Translations under genes and position numbers: made by a program
Source: an uncultured Holophagaceae bacterium
GTDB lineage: Bacteria; Acidobacteriota; Holophagae; Holophagales; Holophagaceae
Direction: 5' to 3'
DNA: 64,000 nucleotides
Assembly: GCA_963722335.1 (NCBI GenBank)
Contig: CAVRKY010000004.1
Location: 185,590-249,589 of the forward strand
Shown here: positions 37,798-48,400 of the stretch, piece after piece
Numbering within the stretch: position 1 is the stretch's first letter
How the letters are laid out: each line of letters starts with the position of its first letter
Notes under the pieces: generated by a model
Databases searched by the model: none
What the model was told of the DNA's origin: nothing
The model's input: the letters and a program-made list of their open reading frames with translations, nothing else

Positions 37798-38436
37798 TCA
37801 GGAGGTCTGAGGTTCCACCACGATGGCCGGCTGGGGGGTGGGGCAGCCGAAGGTGCACAGGCCGCAGCCGGTGCAGAAGGCCTCCACCACCTGGGGGTGG
37901 GCGGGGCCGTCCGGGCTCGGCTCGCCCATGCGGATGGCCACCCCGGGGTACGGGCAGCGGTCCACGCAGGTGCGGCACTCCTGGGCCGGGCGGTCCTCCC
38001 GGGCGTAGGTCAGGCACCGGCTCCGCTTGACCCGGGCGGTGCCCATGCGCACCGCCGGCGCCCCTTCCAGGTCCCGCCCGGCGGCCCGGCGCTTGGGCCA
38101 CACCAGGGCCCCCTCCGGGCAGGCGGTGACGCAGGGGAGGTCGGTGCACAGGAAGCAGGGCATGATGCGGGGGTCCACCGCCGGGGTGCCCGCCGCCAGC
38201 ACCGCCTGGGGGCCGGCCTTGAAGATGGAGCCCTGGGGGCAGGCCCGGACGCACTTGTCGCAGCGGGTGCAGGCCACCAGGAAGTCGAACTCGTCCAGGG
38301 CTCCGGGCGGGCGCAGCAGCCTGGGGCCGGTCCCGGTGATCACTTCCTCCACCCGCTCGGCCAGGAATCCGGCCGCCAGGGTGCCCAGGGCCTTGAAGAA
38401 GTCGCCCCGGCCGTGGGGCTGGTCCAGCTTGCTCAT
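37798..38436 (-). CDS. NapG/MauM-type multi-[4Fe-4S] ferredoxin
   Basis: LRPPGALDE..F...CTRCDKCVRACP, CFLC...CVTACP, CRTCVDRCP, CTGCGLC...CP. Confidence 0.88.
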   Translation of the reverse strand: MSKLDQPHGRGDFFKALGTLAAGFLAERVEEVITGTGPRLLRPPGALDEFDFLVACTRCDKCVRACPQGSIFKAGPQAVLAAGTPAVDPRIMPCFLCTDLPCVTACPEGALVWPKRRAAGRDLEGAPAVRMGTARVKRSRCLTYAREDRPAQECRTCVDRCPYPGVAIRMGEPSPDGPAHPQVVEAFCTGCGLCTFGCPTPQPAIVVEPQTS

Positions 38437-38440
38437 GGCG

Positions 38441-39259
38441 TCACAGCTCCAGCAGGCGCAGGATGGGCACCAGCACCCCCCACAGGATGGGATCGAAGCC
38501 CAGGGTGAGGATGGCGGACCGGCCTTCCTCCGCGGGGGCGAAGTGGGCCAGCAGGGAGGCGTTCACCGCCACGTCCCGGGAGGTGGGCGGCTGGTCCCGC
38601 CAGGCCATCCCCAGGGGCGCCTCCAGGCGGGCCAGGGCCCGGCCTTCGGCGGCCCGCAGGTGCAGCACCAGCAGGTCCCCGTGGAAGGCCGGGACCCGCA
38701 CGGTGATCAGCCGCCCCCGGGGCGCCTGGGGCACCACCTCGAAACCGGCCCGGTAGCCCAGGGGGGCGGTGTCCGGATCCTCGCCCTTGAGGATGGCCAC
38801 GGTCTGCGCCATGAGCCCGGCCACCCCCCGGTCCCCCAGGCAGGCCACCGACTGGAGGTGGGTGCCCGCCACCTCCCCGATGCCTTCCACCAGGCGGGGC
38901 AGGCTGGCGAGCACCTGTTCCAGGGCCGGCCGCCCGCGCAGACGGGTGTGCTCTTTGGGCCAGGGGCCGGCCAGGGGCATCGGCTCCAGGGCCGGGTCCG
39001 GGTCCGTGCGCAGGTCCAGGGTCCGGCCCGGGAAGGCGTCCAGCAGCCCGGCGGCTACCGGGGTCTCGGCCAGGACCACCACGTCCAGGCCCTCCAGCAG
39101 CGCCGGTTCGGGGGCGAACACCACCACGTCGCCGTCCTCCTCCTCCAGGGTGGTGGGCCCGGCGGTCAGGGGCAGCACCGAGCAGTCGCGGGTTTCCAGG
39201 GTCTTCGTCAATTCCCGGCCGAGCAGGGAACCGGCACCGATGACAGCCAACTTCAGCAT
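38441..39259 (-). CDS. Aspartate-semialdehyde dehydrogenase-like protein (Usg/Asd2-like, degenerate)
   Basis: LAVIGAGSLLG Rossmann start and VRVPAFHG; no NPNC catalytic motif. Confidence 0.6.
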   Translation of the reverse strand: MLKLAVIGAGSLLGRELTKTLETRDCSVLPLTAGPTTLEEEDGDVVVFAPEPALLEGLDVVVLAETPVAAGLLDAFPGRTLDLRTDPDPALEPMPLAGPWPKEHTRLRGRPALEQVLASLPRLVEGIGEVAGTHLQSVACLGDRGVAGLMAQTVAILKGEDPDTAPLGYRAGFEVVPQAPRGRLITVRVPAFHGDLLVLHLRAAEGRALARLEAPLGMAWRDQPPTSRDVAVNASLLAHFAPAEEGRSAILTLGFDPILWGVLVPILRLLEL

Positions 39260-39300
39260 GGATTCACCTGATCAGAAACTGCGTTCATGAGTGGGCGCCA

Positions 39301-40752
39301 TCATACCCGCACCGCGGCTTCCGCACCCGGACGATGGCCGGCCAGGACCGCGGCCACCGGGCCGTCCAGGAACCGCCGCACCTGGTCGCCGGCGCACCCG
39401 GTGAAGCGCACCGGGTCCAGCAGGGCCGCCAGTCCGGCCTCGTCCATGGCCCAGGCGGGGTCCTGGGCCAGCAGCCGGAGCAGCTCGTTGGGCCGGCCCT
39501 CCTGCTTGATGCGCCGGCCCGCCTCCAGGGCCGCGACCCGGAACCGCTCGTGCAGGTCCTGGCGGTCGCCGCCCCGCTTCACCGCCTCCATGAGCAGCAC
39601 TTCCGCCGCCATGAAGGGCAGTTCCGCCCGCAGGCGGGCTTCGATCATCCTCGGGTACACCACCAGCCCGGAGGCCACGTTGCGGTAGAGCACCAGGATG
39701 GCGTCCACCGCCATGAGCCCCTGGCCCATCGTGAGCCGGCGGTGGGCGGAGTCGTCCAGGGTGCGCTCCAGCCACTGGGTGGCGCTGGTCTGGTAGCTGC
39801 TGGGCAGGAGCCCCAGGGCGAACCGGGCCAGGGAATTGATGCGTTCGCTGCGCATGGGGTTGCGCTTGTAGGGCATGGCCGAGGAGCCCACCTGCTGGGT
39901 CCCGAACGGCTCCTCCACCTCCTTAAGGTGCTGGAGCAGGCGCAGGTCGCAGGCGAACTTGGACGCGGAGGCGGCGAGGCCGCACAGCACCTGGCCGATC
40001 CGGTCCTCCAGCTTGCGGGTGGCGGTCTGGCCGGCCACCGGGATGGCCGGGACCCCCACCTTGGCGCAGAAACGGGCCTCCAGGGCCTCCACCTTCGCGC
40101 CGTCGCCGTCGAACAGCTCCAGGAAGCTGGCCTGGGTCCCGGTGGTGCCCTTGATCCCCCGCACCGGAGTGGTGGCCAGGACGTGGTCCAGGTCCTCCAG
40201 GTCCAGGAGCAGGTCCTGGATCCACAAGGTGGCCCGCTTGCCCACCGTGGTGGGCTGGGCCGGCTGGAAATGGGTGAATCCCAGGCAGGGCTGGTCCCGC
40301 CACCGGTCGGCGAAGGCGCCCAGGGCGGCCACCACGTCCAGCAGCCGGCCGCGCAGGAGCCCCAGCGCCTCCCGGCCGATGAGCAGGTCCCCGTTGTCCG
40401 TGACGAAGCAGCTGGTGGCCCCCAGGTGGATGATGGGGCGGGCGGCGGGCGCCTGGTCGCCCCAGGCGTGGATGGCCGCCATCACGTCGTGGCGCAGCTC
40501 CACCTCCCGGCGTTCGATGGCCTCCAGGTCCACGTCGTCCTGGGTCTCCCGCAGGCGGTCCAGCTGCTCCGGGGTGATGGGCAGGCCCAGCTCCGCCTCG
40601 CTCTCCGCCAGGGCCACCCACAGGCGGCGCCACACCCGCATGCGGTACAGGGGGGAGAGCAGGCGGACCATGGCCTTGGAGGCGTACCGGGCGGCCAAGG
40701 GGTGCTCGAAACGTTCCAGGTCAGGCGCGTCGCTGGGGGGAAGGAGGGTCAT
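39301..40752 (-). CDS. purB: Adenylosuccinate lyase
   Basis: [30 protein letters not shown]. Confidence 0.95.
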   Translation of the reverse strand: MTLLPPSDAPDLERFEHPLAARYASKAMVRLLSPLYRMRVWRRLWVALAESEAELGLPITPEQLDRLRETQDDVDLEAIERREVELRHDVMAAIHAWGDQAPAARPIIHLGATSCFVTDNGDLLIGREALGLLRGRLLDVVAALGAFADRWRDQPCLGFTHFQPAQPTTVGKRATLWIQDLLLDLEDLDHVLATTPVRGIKGTTGTQASFLELFDGDGAKVEALEARFCAKVGVPAIPVAGQTATRKLEDRIGQVLCGLAASASKFACDLRLLQHLKEVEEPFGTQQVGSSAMPYKRNPMRSERINSLARFALGLLPSSYQTSATQWLERTLDDSAHRRLTMGQGLMAVDAILVLYRNVASGLVVYPRMIEARLRAELPFMAAEVLLMEAVKRGGDRQDLHERFRVAALEAGRRIKQEGRPNELLRLLAQDPAWAMDEAGLAALLDPVRFTGCAGDQVRRFLDGPVAAVLAGHRPGAEAAVRV

Positions 40753-40803
40753 GGGGCACCTTGCGTCTCCAGTTTGGCAGATCCGCCGGCCACCCTGGGG
40801 GGC

Positions 40804-40819
40804 TGTTCCACGTGGAACG
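40804..40819. promoter_or_regulatory. parS site
   Basis: TGTTCCACGTGGAACG in the purB-glyA intergenic region. Confidence 0.8.
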
Positions 40820-40901
40820 GGAGTCACGCACCCCGGCAAAACGGCGGCTTTTGGCGGTACCCGCTGGTGGCTGCCATGAGAAGATTTACCTACAGGAGCA
40901 C

Positions 40902-42149
40902 ATGATGAAAATGTACGAAGCATTGCGTAACGAAGATCCTGCGGTGTACCAGGCGTTCGAACTGGAGGTGCGGCGCCAGCGCCAGAACCTGGAGTTGATC
41001 GCCTCCGAGAACTACGTGTCCCTGGCCGTCATGGCCGCCATGGGCAGCCATCTCACCAACAAGTACGCCGAGGGCTACCCGGGCCGCCGCTACTACGGCG
41101 GCTGCGTGAACGTGGACACGGTGGAAGAGCTGGCCCGCACCCGCGCCAAGCAGCTGTTCGGCGCCGACCACGCCAACGTCCAGCCCCACAGCGGGGCCCA
41201 GGCCAACATGGCGGTGTACTTCAGCGTGCTCAAGCCCGGGGACACGGTGCTGGGCCTGGACCTGGCCCACGGGGGCCACCTCACCCACGGCCATCCCCTC
41301 AACAGCTCCGGCTTCCTGTACCACTTCATCGGCTACCACGTGGCCCGGGACACGGAGCGGGTGGACATGGACGAAGTGCGCGGCCTGGCCCGGGAGCACC
41401 ATCCCAAGCTCATCGTGGTGGGCGCCTCGGCCTACCCCCGGACCTTCGACTTCCCGGCCTTCCGGGCCATCGCCGACGAGGTGGGCGCGCTCATGATGGT
41501 CGACATGGCCCACATCGCCGGGCTGGTGGCCACCGGCCACCACCCCAGCCCGGTGCCGTACGCGGACTTCACCACCACCACCACCCACAAGACCCTGCGC
41601 GGCCCCCGGGGCGGCCTGGTCCTGTGCCGGGAGAAGTACGCCAAGGACCTGGACCGGGCCCTGTTCCCCGGCACCCAGGGCGGCCCGCTCATGCACGTCA
41701 TCGCCGCCAAGGCGGTGGCCCTGGGCGAAGCCCTCAGGCCAGAGTTCAAGACCTACCAGGAGCAGGTGGTGCGCAACGCCGCCGCCCTGGCCAAGGCCCT
41801 GGCCGGCAAGGGCTGGCGCATCGTCTCCGGAGGCACGGACAACCACCTGATGCTGGTGGACGTGTTCCAGCAGGGCATCATGGGCAACGAGGCCGAGAAG
41901 ACCCTGGACCTGGCCGGCATCACCGTCAACAAGAACGGCATCCCCTTCGACCCCAACCCGCCCCTCAAGCCCTCGGGCATCCGGGTGGGCTCCCCCGCCG
42001 TCACGACCCGGGGCATGAAGGAAGCGGAGATGCTGCTCATCGCCGGGTGGATGGACCACGCCCTGCGCAACCGCGCCGACGCGGCCGCCGTGGCCAAGGT
42101 GCGGGACGAGGTGTTCGCCCTCACCAGCCGGTTCCCCATTCCCGAGTAG
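40902..42149 (+). CDS. glyA: Serine hydroxymethyltransferase
   Basis: [33 protein letters not shown]. Confidence 0.97.
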   Translation: MMKMYEALRNEDPAVYQAFELEVRRQRQNLELIASENYVSLAVMAAMGSHLTNKYAEGYPGRRYYGGCVNVDTVEELARTRAKQLFGADHANVQPHSGAQANMAVYFSVLKPGDTVLGLDLAHGGHLTHGHPLNSSGFLYHFIGYHVARDTERVDMDEVRGLAREHHPKLIVVGASAYPRTFDFPAFRAIADEVGALMMVDMAHIAGLVATGHHPSPVPYADFTTTTTHKTLRGPRGGLVLCREKYAKDLDRALFPGTQGGPLMHVIAAKAVALGEALRPEFKTYQEQVVRNAAALAKALAGKGWRIVSGGTDNHLMLVDVFQQGIMGNEAEKTLDLAGITVNKNGIPFDPNPPLKPSGIRVGSPAVTTRGMKEAEMLLIAGWMDHALRNRADAAAVAKVRDEVFALTSRFPIPE

Positions 42150-42405
42150 CTTGGCCCGGGGGCGATCGGCGCTCCGATCTGGACGGATCCCTTGACTCGG
42201 GGGGCCGCCTCCGACCTCTGGCCCAACCCGGTCAAGAAGGCGCACATTCCTTGGAAAGGCCTGACTAAAAATTATACATATCCGTGCCCGGGGAACCGGG
42301 GCCATCCCACGCCTTAGACATAATTGATGTGGATAGATAAGTTAGTTTTTATCTCCCAAAGTGCGCGGGCGGCTTCATCCTGCCCGCAGATCTCCGAGGC
42401 ACAGC

Positions 42406-43119
42406 ATGACCTCTCACCCGGGAAGGAGCCGAGGCTACTCCTTGATCGAACTTCTGCTGGTCCTGGTGATCATCGGGACCATCTCGGTTGTCGGTGTCGT
42501 CAAACTGCGCAGCCGCTCGGCCGGGTCGGTCCGCGAGGTCATGGACGAACTGGAGGGCACCCTCCTGGCCGCGCAGAAGTCATCGGTGGCCTCCGGGCAG
42601 GATGTCCTGCTGGTGACCCAGGGGGACTGGAGCCCCGCCAACCCCGTGATCATGGCCTACGGCAGCGCCACCCTGGGCACTGGGACCATCCTGAGCAACG
42701 GGCAGACGACAGCCAACTCCTTCCGCCTGGCGGTCAATGCCGCCGGGGGGCTCGGGCGGGAACACATGAATGCGGCCGTGGTGACCAAGGCGAACGCCGG
42801 GTGGTGGGGCACCGCGGAGACCGGGACCACCAACATCACTTCGGTGGCTCCCTTCAATGACGCCACCACGGGGTTCCAGGGCATCCTGGCCAGCCAGCCG
42901 AACCTGTTCCAGGGCGGAACGGTCGTAAGCAGCGCCCGCATCAGCGGCGACAACAAGCGGTTCACGACCACGTTCTGGATCCAGGTGGTGGGCATCAGCG
43001 GCGGAGCGCCGGTGGCCGGCGGCCCCATCGGGCTCCTGGTCGTCCAGGGGAATGGGGCTTCCATCTACAAGTTCTACAATCCGGGAGCCTCTTCCGGGGG
43101 AACATGGAGGCGGATGTGA
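42406..43119 (+). CDS. Type IV minor pilin, FimT/FimU-like
   Basis: Class III signal RG/YSLIELLLVLVIIG; first gene of the minor pilin operon. Confidence 0.75.
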   Translation: MTSHPGRSRGYSLIELLLVLVIIGTISVVGVVKLRSRSAGSVREVMDELEGTLLAAQKSSVASGQDVLLVTQGDWSPANPVIMAYGSATLGTGTILSNGQTTANSFRLAVNAAGGLGREHMNAAVVTKANAGWWGTAETGTTNITSVAPFNDATTGFQGILASQPNLFQGGTVVSSARISGDNKRFTTTFWIQVVGISGGAPVAGGPIGLLVVQGNGASIYKFYNPGASSGGTWRRM

Positions 43120-43631
43120 TGGCTGGGAAACGGCGGATACGCAGAAGGGGCGAATCGGGCTTCAGCATGGTGGAGTTGCTGATGGTCGCGTTCGTCCTGA
43201 GCATCGGCATCCTCGGGTTGACGATGCTGCAGCTCATGTCGATCCGGGTGGCGACCGGGGGGCACGACCTGGGAATGGCCGTGCAGTTGGCCGAGCAGGT
43301 CATGGACCAGGTGGAGCTCGAGGGGCGCCTCACCTACCTGAACACCAACATCACCAACCAGGCGACGCCCGGCACACTCAATGGCCTGACCTACATCAAC
43401 AAGGCCTCCGTCAAGCAGTATTTCGCGATCAATGCGGCCACGGGGGATCCGGCCCTGCTGGCCTCCGCGACCGGCTCCATGTTCCAGCTCACCATGTCCC
43501 AGACCGTGGTCGCAGGGACGGGATTGTCGGACGTCCAGGTGCAGGTCCAGTTCGAGGATTCCGTCAATGCCGCCACCCAGGCTCCGATCCAGCGGACCGT
43601 CACCATCACGCGGAGGATTCTCCATGGGTAG
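43119..43631 (+). CDS. pilV: Type IV minor pilin PilV-like
   Basis: SG/FSMVELLMVAFVLSIGILGL..LQ. Confidence 0.75.
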   Translation: MAGKRRIRRRGESGFSMVELLMVAFVLSIGILGLTMLQLMSIRVATGGHDLGMAVQLAEQVMDQVELEGRLTYLNTNITNQATPGTLNGLTYINKASVKQYFAINAATGDPALLASATGSMFQLTMSQTVVAGTGLSDVQVQVQFEDSVNAATQAPIQRTVTITRRILHG

Positions 43632-44823
43632 GCATCGGGGTTCCCGCGGCTTCTCCCTGGTCGAGCTGATGGTGGCGATGGTGTTCATCTTCATCCTGAT
43701 GGCTGGCCTGGCGGCGGTGTTCAAATCCAGCCTGTCCGCCTCCTACACCATGGGCGAGAAGCTCTCCAGCGTCCGCCGCAACCGCACGTCCATGGACCTG
43801 CTGTACGACGACATCAACAGCGCCGGCATGGTGATGGTGGACCTCACTTCGCCGCTCGCCGCCGGCAGCAACTCGCCCTTCTACATCGTTCCCAACGTGC
43901 CGGTGGTCAATGCCGTGGCCAACGGTCCCCAGACCACCGACATTCTCTATTTCGCCTTCGACCAGCCCTTGGCTTTCGAAGGCCAGTTGACCTCCGGGGG
44001 AGGGGCGGTCTCGGGAGCCACCGCTACGACCGCGGTCCTGGGCGGCGCGACGCTTGCCGTGGGCACCGACAACAAGTACGTCATCAACTGCGGCGACGCT
44101 TCTTACGCAAGCCAGGTCGCCCCAGGGATGTACATGCAGATCAAGGATGATCTGAGCCATGCCGCCATGCAGATCCAGAGCGTCGACACTGTCGCTGGAA
44201 AGAGCGTCACCATCGAGACCGCCACCACGCCCTCGGTGGCCACCCAGGTCACGGGGCGAGGCGACCCCGCGACGCTCCGGGCGAACGCGCGCATCCCGAA
44301 CAGCGGCGTGGTGTTCATCACGGCCGCCCAGATGGTGCGCTACCGCATCGCCATGCTGAACCTCGACCCCACCGCGGCCAACGCCATGCCCTGCCTGATC
44401 CGGGAGCAGATCCCCTACGACTCCACCGCCGACCCCACGTCCGCAGGGTTCTTCGGCGCCCCGACCTCGACCACGGTCATCGCCGAGGACGTGGCCGGTT
44501 TCAAGGCCTACCTCAGCGCCGATTCGGGGGCGGACTGGGCCGGCCTGGGGCTGGCGGCCACGGGTTTCACCTCCGGCTGGACCAACGGCATCCAGGCGGC
44601 CCTGAACACCCAGCTGGGCACCATCGGCCGGTCGGGTTACACCACCACCTCCGGGGATGCCAGCTGGTACCGCGACAACCCGATCCTGGTGCGCCTGGAC
44701 ATCACCACCCGGACGGCGCTCCAGCGGGGCGAATACTCGAGCACGGGAACCACCCTGGCCTACAAGACGTTGACCCAGAGCCTGGTCATGGTCCCCAGGC
44801 ATTTCGGACTGACCTTGAACTGA
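43624..44823 (+). CDS. pilW: Type IV minor pilin PilW-like
   Basis: RG/FSLVELMVAMV; D...AG motif; position in operon. Confidence 0.75.
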   Translation: MGRHRGSRGFSLVELMVAMVFIFILMAGLAAVFKSSLSASYTMGEKLSSVRRNRTSMDLLYDDINSAGMVMVDLTSPLAAGSNSPFYIVPNVPVVNAVANGPQTTDILYFAFDQPLAFEGQLTSGGGAVSGATATTAVLGGATLAVGTDNKYVINCGDASYASQVAPGMYMQIKDDLSHAAMQIQSVDTVAGKSVTIETATTPSVATQVTGRGDPATLRANARIPNSGVVFITAAQMVRYRIAMLNLDPTAANAMPCLIREQIPYDSTADPTSAGFFGAPTSTTVIAEDVAGFKAYLSADSGADWAGLGLAATGFTSGWTNGIQAALNTQLGTIGRSGYTTTSGDASWYRDNPILVRLDITTRTALQRGEYSSTGTTLAYKTLTQSLVMVPRHFGLTLN

Positions 44824-44836
44824 AGGGATGGGAGCC

Positions 44837-45460
44837 ATGATTTCCTTGAACCTCACCCCAGAACCCGGACCGCGCCGGGGGGAGCTGGGCGGCATCACGA
44901 CCCTGGTGGCCTTGTCGCTTCTGGTGCTCCTGACCATCGCCGCGGTCGGCATGTCCCGCAATTCGTTCCAGGAGGTCATCATCTCCGCGTCGACCCGCCA
45001 GGGCTCCATGGCCCGCAACGTCGCGGATTCAGGCATCGAATTCGGCATCCTCTGGATGCAGCCGAGCACGCAGCTGGCCGCCTCGGGCGGTTCCTCCGCC
45101 GGGGCGCTCCAGGGCCTCGCCAGCTACCTGCTGCAGGGAGAGCTTTACGGAATCGCGTACAACCTCAATCAATCGCTTTATACCGGCACCAGCACCGCCA
45201 CACCGCCCGCCGACCTGCAGGTTCCGGCCGGAAGCGGCAACGGGTTCAACCTGGCGCTGACCGCCATGGGCAAGATGCCGATGATCAACCAGAGCCAGAC
45301 GGTCGGCTCGCCGAGCACGGGCTACACGCCCGCGGCAGGGAACCTGGCCCTCACGGCCCCCGACATCTGGGCCTTGCGCTCCGATGGGCTGGTCAGCATC
45401 GGTGGCCTGACCTTCCTGAACTCGAAAGAGGCGTGGATCTCGTCGCCTTCTCGTCAGTAG
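44837..45460 (+). CDS. pilX: Type IV minor pilin PilX-like
   Basis: Prepilin-like hydrophobic start lacking Glu5 (GGITTLVALSLLVLL); ARNVADSGIE motif. Confidence 0.72.
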   Translation: MISLNLTPEPGPRRGELGGITTLVALSLLVLLTIAAVGMSRNSFQEVIISASTRQGSMARNVADSGIEFGILWMQPSTQLAASGGSSAGALQGLASYLLQGELYGIAYNLNQSLYTGTSTATPPADLQVPAGSGNGFNLALTAMGKMPMINQSQTVGSPSTGYTPAAGNLALTAPDIWALRSDGLVSIGGLTFLNSKEAWISSPSRQ

Positions 45461-45484
45461 TGCCCATTGGATGGGGAGAACGTC

Positions 45485-48400
45485 ATGAACCTGAGACTCG
45501 GCTTTCGATCGATCCTGGCGGCGCTGATCCTGTCCCTGGGGGGCAGCGTGCCATTGTCCGCCCAGCTGAACCCCCAGCTCCAGGGCAGCCCCACGGATTT
45601 CCTCGACCTCTACCAGCAGTCCAGCCAGGCCAAGGTCAAGCCGGAGATCATGACCGTCTTCGATTTCTCGGGATCCATGCAGAACCTGATGTTCCATCCC
45701 CAGTACGTCAACACGGACGCGACGGACAGCGGGAACGAATCCCAGATGACTTTCACCCTGAATGCGGCCGTGGCCGGGAACAATTCCTATACCGTCACCG
45801 CCACCTCCATCCAGGACACCTCCGTCACCGCTTCGGTGGGGTTGGTCGTCAATAGCAATGGGACCGTTACGGTCACGGCCAACACACCCACCTACCTTTA
45901 TGGCTCGGGAACCCAGCCCTACGGGCACCACACCACTGGAGGTTCCGTCTACATCAGCATTTCCAAAATCACGGCGACCGGAACCAGCCCCATCTCTTTG
46001 TCCGTGACTGTTTATGGCACCAATTCCAGCACTTCAAGCACTCACACTGCAGATCTTGGTGTTACGTGGTCCGTCTCGCCCTCCGGCACGGTGGGTTCCA
46101 CGACCGACCCAGGCAACGTGACTTTGGCGAAACACAGCGGCAGCAGTTATGTGTACCAGAATCATGTCAATCAGTATGCAACCTGGACACCTCCGGCCTA
46201 CAACGCGGGCACCCCGGCCTACATTTCGGCGTCCTTCAGTGCCTACCAGGGCGGTTCCGCCTTCTCGGGCGCCACCCTCGTCTGTCTCGTCAAGCCCGAC
46301 GGCACCGCCGTGACCGCCACGGACGCAGGCAACGCTGCCAACCCGACCGGGCTTACCCTGTACGGCATCGGCTCTGGCGCAAGCGATGTGCGCAACTGGG
46401 TGCGCGCCGCCAGCCATGCCCGGTTCTCCTACAACGACAGCGGCACGACCCGGACCGTGGACGTGCCCATTCCCTGGAAGATCACCAACCGCAACGTGGC
46501 CATCCAGAACCCCCTGCCCTCCCAGACCGTCCTGGACCAGGAGGTGAAGGTGGCCTCCAACGGGACCACCACGACCTACGGGAGCGGGCAGCAGGTCGAG
46601 ATGGACCTCATGTACACCTTCGACAACGGGAGCGACGTGCTCAGCGGAAACAGTTCGGCCACGACGACCACGAACCTGTCGCTGGTGGTGTACAAGAACG
46701 CCTACCTCACCTGGCTCTTCACCGGCAAGTACCAGAGCTCGAATTCCGCCAACGCCTATTACAGCGTTGCCGATTCCGGCAAATACATCGTCTTCGACGC
46801 GGCCACGGGCAACCTCGCCGCCGGCCAGGGCACCGGCAACCTGGCCTGGGGCCAGGGCTACGGAACCTTCGCGGCCACCGATACCATCCAGATGCCCCAG
46901 TACAGCCTCAGCGGCGTCTGGCAGAGCGACGCAACGGTCAGCGCCTCCCTCAACGCGGTGCCGGCGCTCATGCGGTGCCAGGCGGTGAAGCGCGCGGCCA
47001 TCCAGACCTGGATCAAGTACCAGGCCGACGTGCTGTGGGCTTTCCGGTTCCTCGACCCATCCCACGAGGCGAACGGCGGGAGCGCCACCACCATCGACAA
47101 CAACTCCAAGACCACCCTCACCAATGCGGCGGGGACGATCACTGCCCAGGGTTACGGGCAGGATTCCGCCTGGACCCTGATGAACAATACGGCGGCCCAG
47201 GGAACCACCTCCACCAGCGGCAATTCGGTCATCGGCATGCAACGCATCGCGGCGCTGTTCCCGAACAACGACACGCCGCTGACCTACGCCATGGCGAGGG
47301 GACTGGCCCAGTTCACCGATCCCAACAGCGTCTTCAACGGCCCGGAGACTTCGAACGGGGTCTCCACGACGTCCCAGTGCCTGAGCCACTTCCTGATCGT
47401 GTTCACAGACGGCATCGACAACAACGGCAGCGGCACCAACAACACCAACGGGACGACGCCCTATGTCACCAAGTCGGGCTCGGCCTACGTCTTCAACGCG
47501 GACACCGGCAACAAGGCCATTCTCGGCAGTTCCGGCTACGGCGTGGTGAACCGCAACGGTGCGGACTGGAACATGTTCACCTTCTCCGGCATGGCCGCCC
47601 ACATGTCCGATTCGACGTTGGGGGGGCAAGTAGCCGGGACCGACTACCTGGCCGCATGGGACCCGGGCAGCCCGGGGGCGGCCCAGAAGAGCGGCACGCC
47701 GTCGGCCTTCATCCCCTTCGCCATCCATCGTAGGAACGGCACCGTGTTCAACCATGACCACCCGATCACCACCATGACCGTGGGCGTCAGCCTCGGGGGC
47801 ACCACGGCCCCGCCGGCCACCGGGAGCATCAGCCCCAAGTGGAACCTCCTCCTGGCGGCGGCCCTGGGGGACCCGACCGTGGATTCCTACCCGGACGTCA
47901 CCCAGCTCACGCCCTTCCAGTGGGACCCGTCCCTCAATTCCGGCAGCGGCGGACGCGTCTCGGGGTCCATCTACTATTTCGATGGGACCAACCCCGACGC
48001 CATTTCCCAGGACCTCGTCTACGCCTTCCAGTCCGCGATCAACTCCTCCCAGATCAATGTGACCTCCAACCCCAACCTGCCCTTCATCGGGTCGTCCCTC
48101 GGCGAGGAGATCCTGCTCGGCAAGTTCCAGCCTCCCCAGAACGGTGGCGTGATGTGGGCCGGCGACCTGCTCATGTTCCCGACCACCACCGATTCCAACG
48201 GCAATACCGTCATCCTCGACAAGACCGGGAACCCGACCTCGACCCTGAATTCGACCACCGCCGTATGGTCGGGCTACGATGCCCTCCTCGCCAACCGCCG
48301 CTGGGACGCCAGGAAGCTCTATACCCGGCTCCCCGGTGCGGACCCGACGGTTGCCACCCTGACGCCCTTCACCTATACGGGAACGACCACCAGCAACCTC

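Noticed and set aside
40753-40901. ZTP or glycine riboswitch between purB and glyA
   Set aside because: No matching conserved core; the only clear element is parS.
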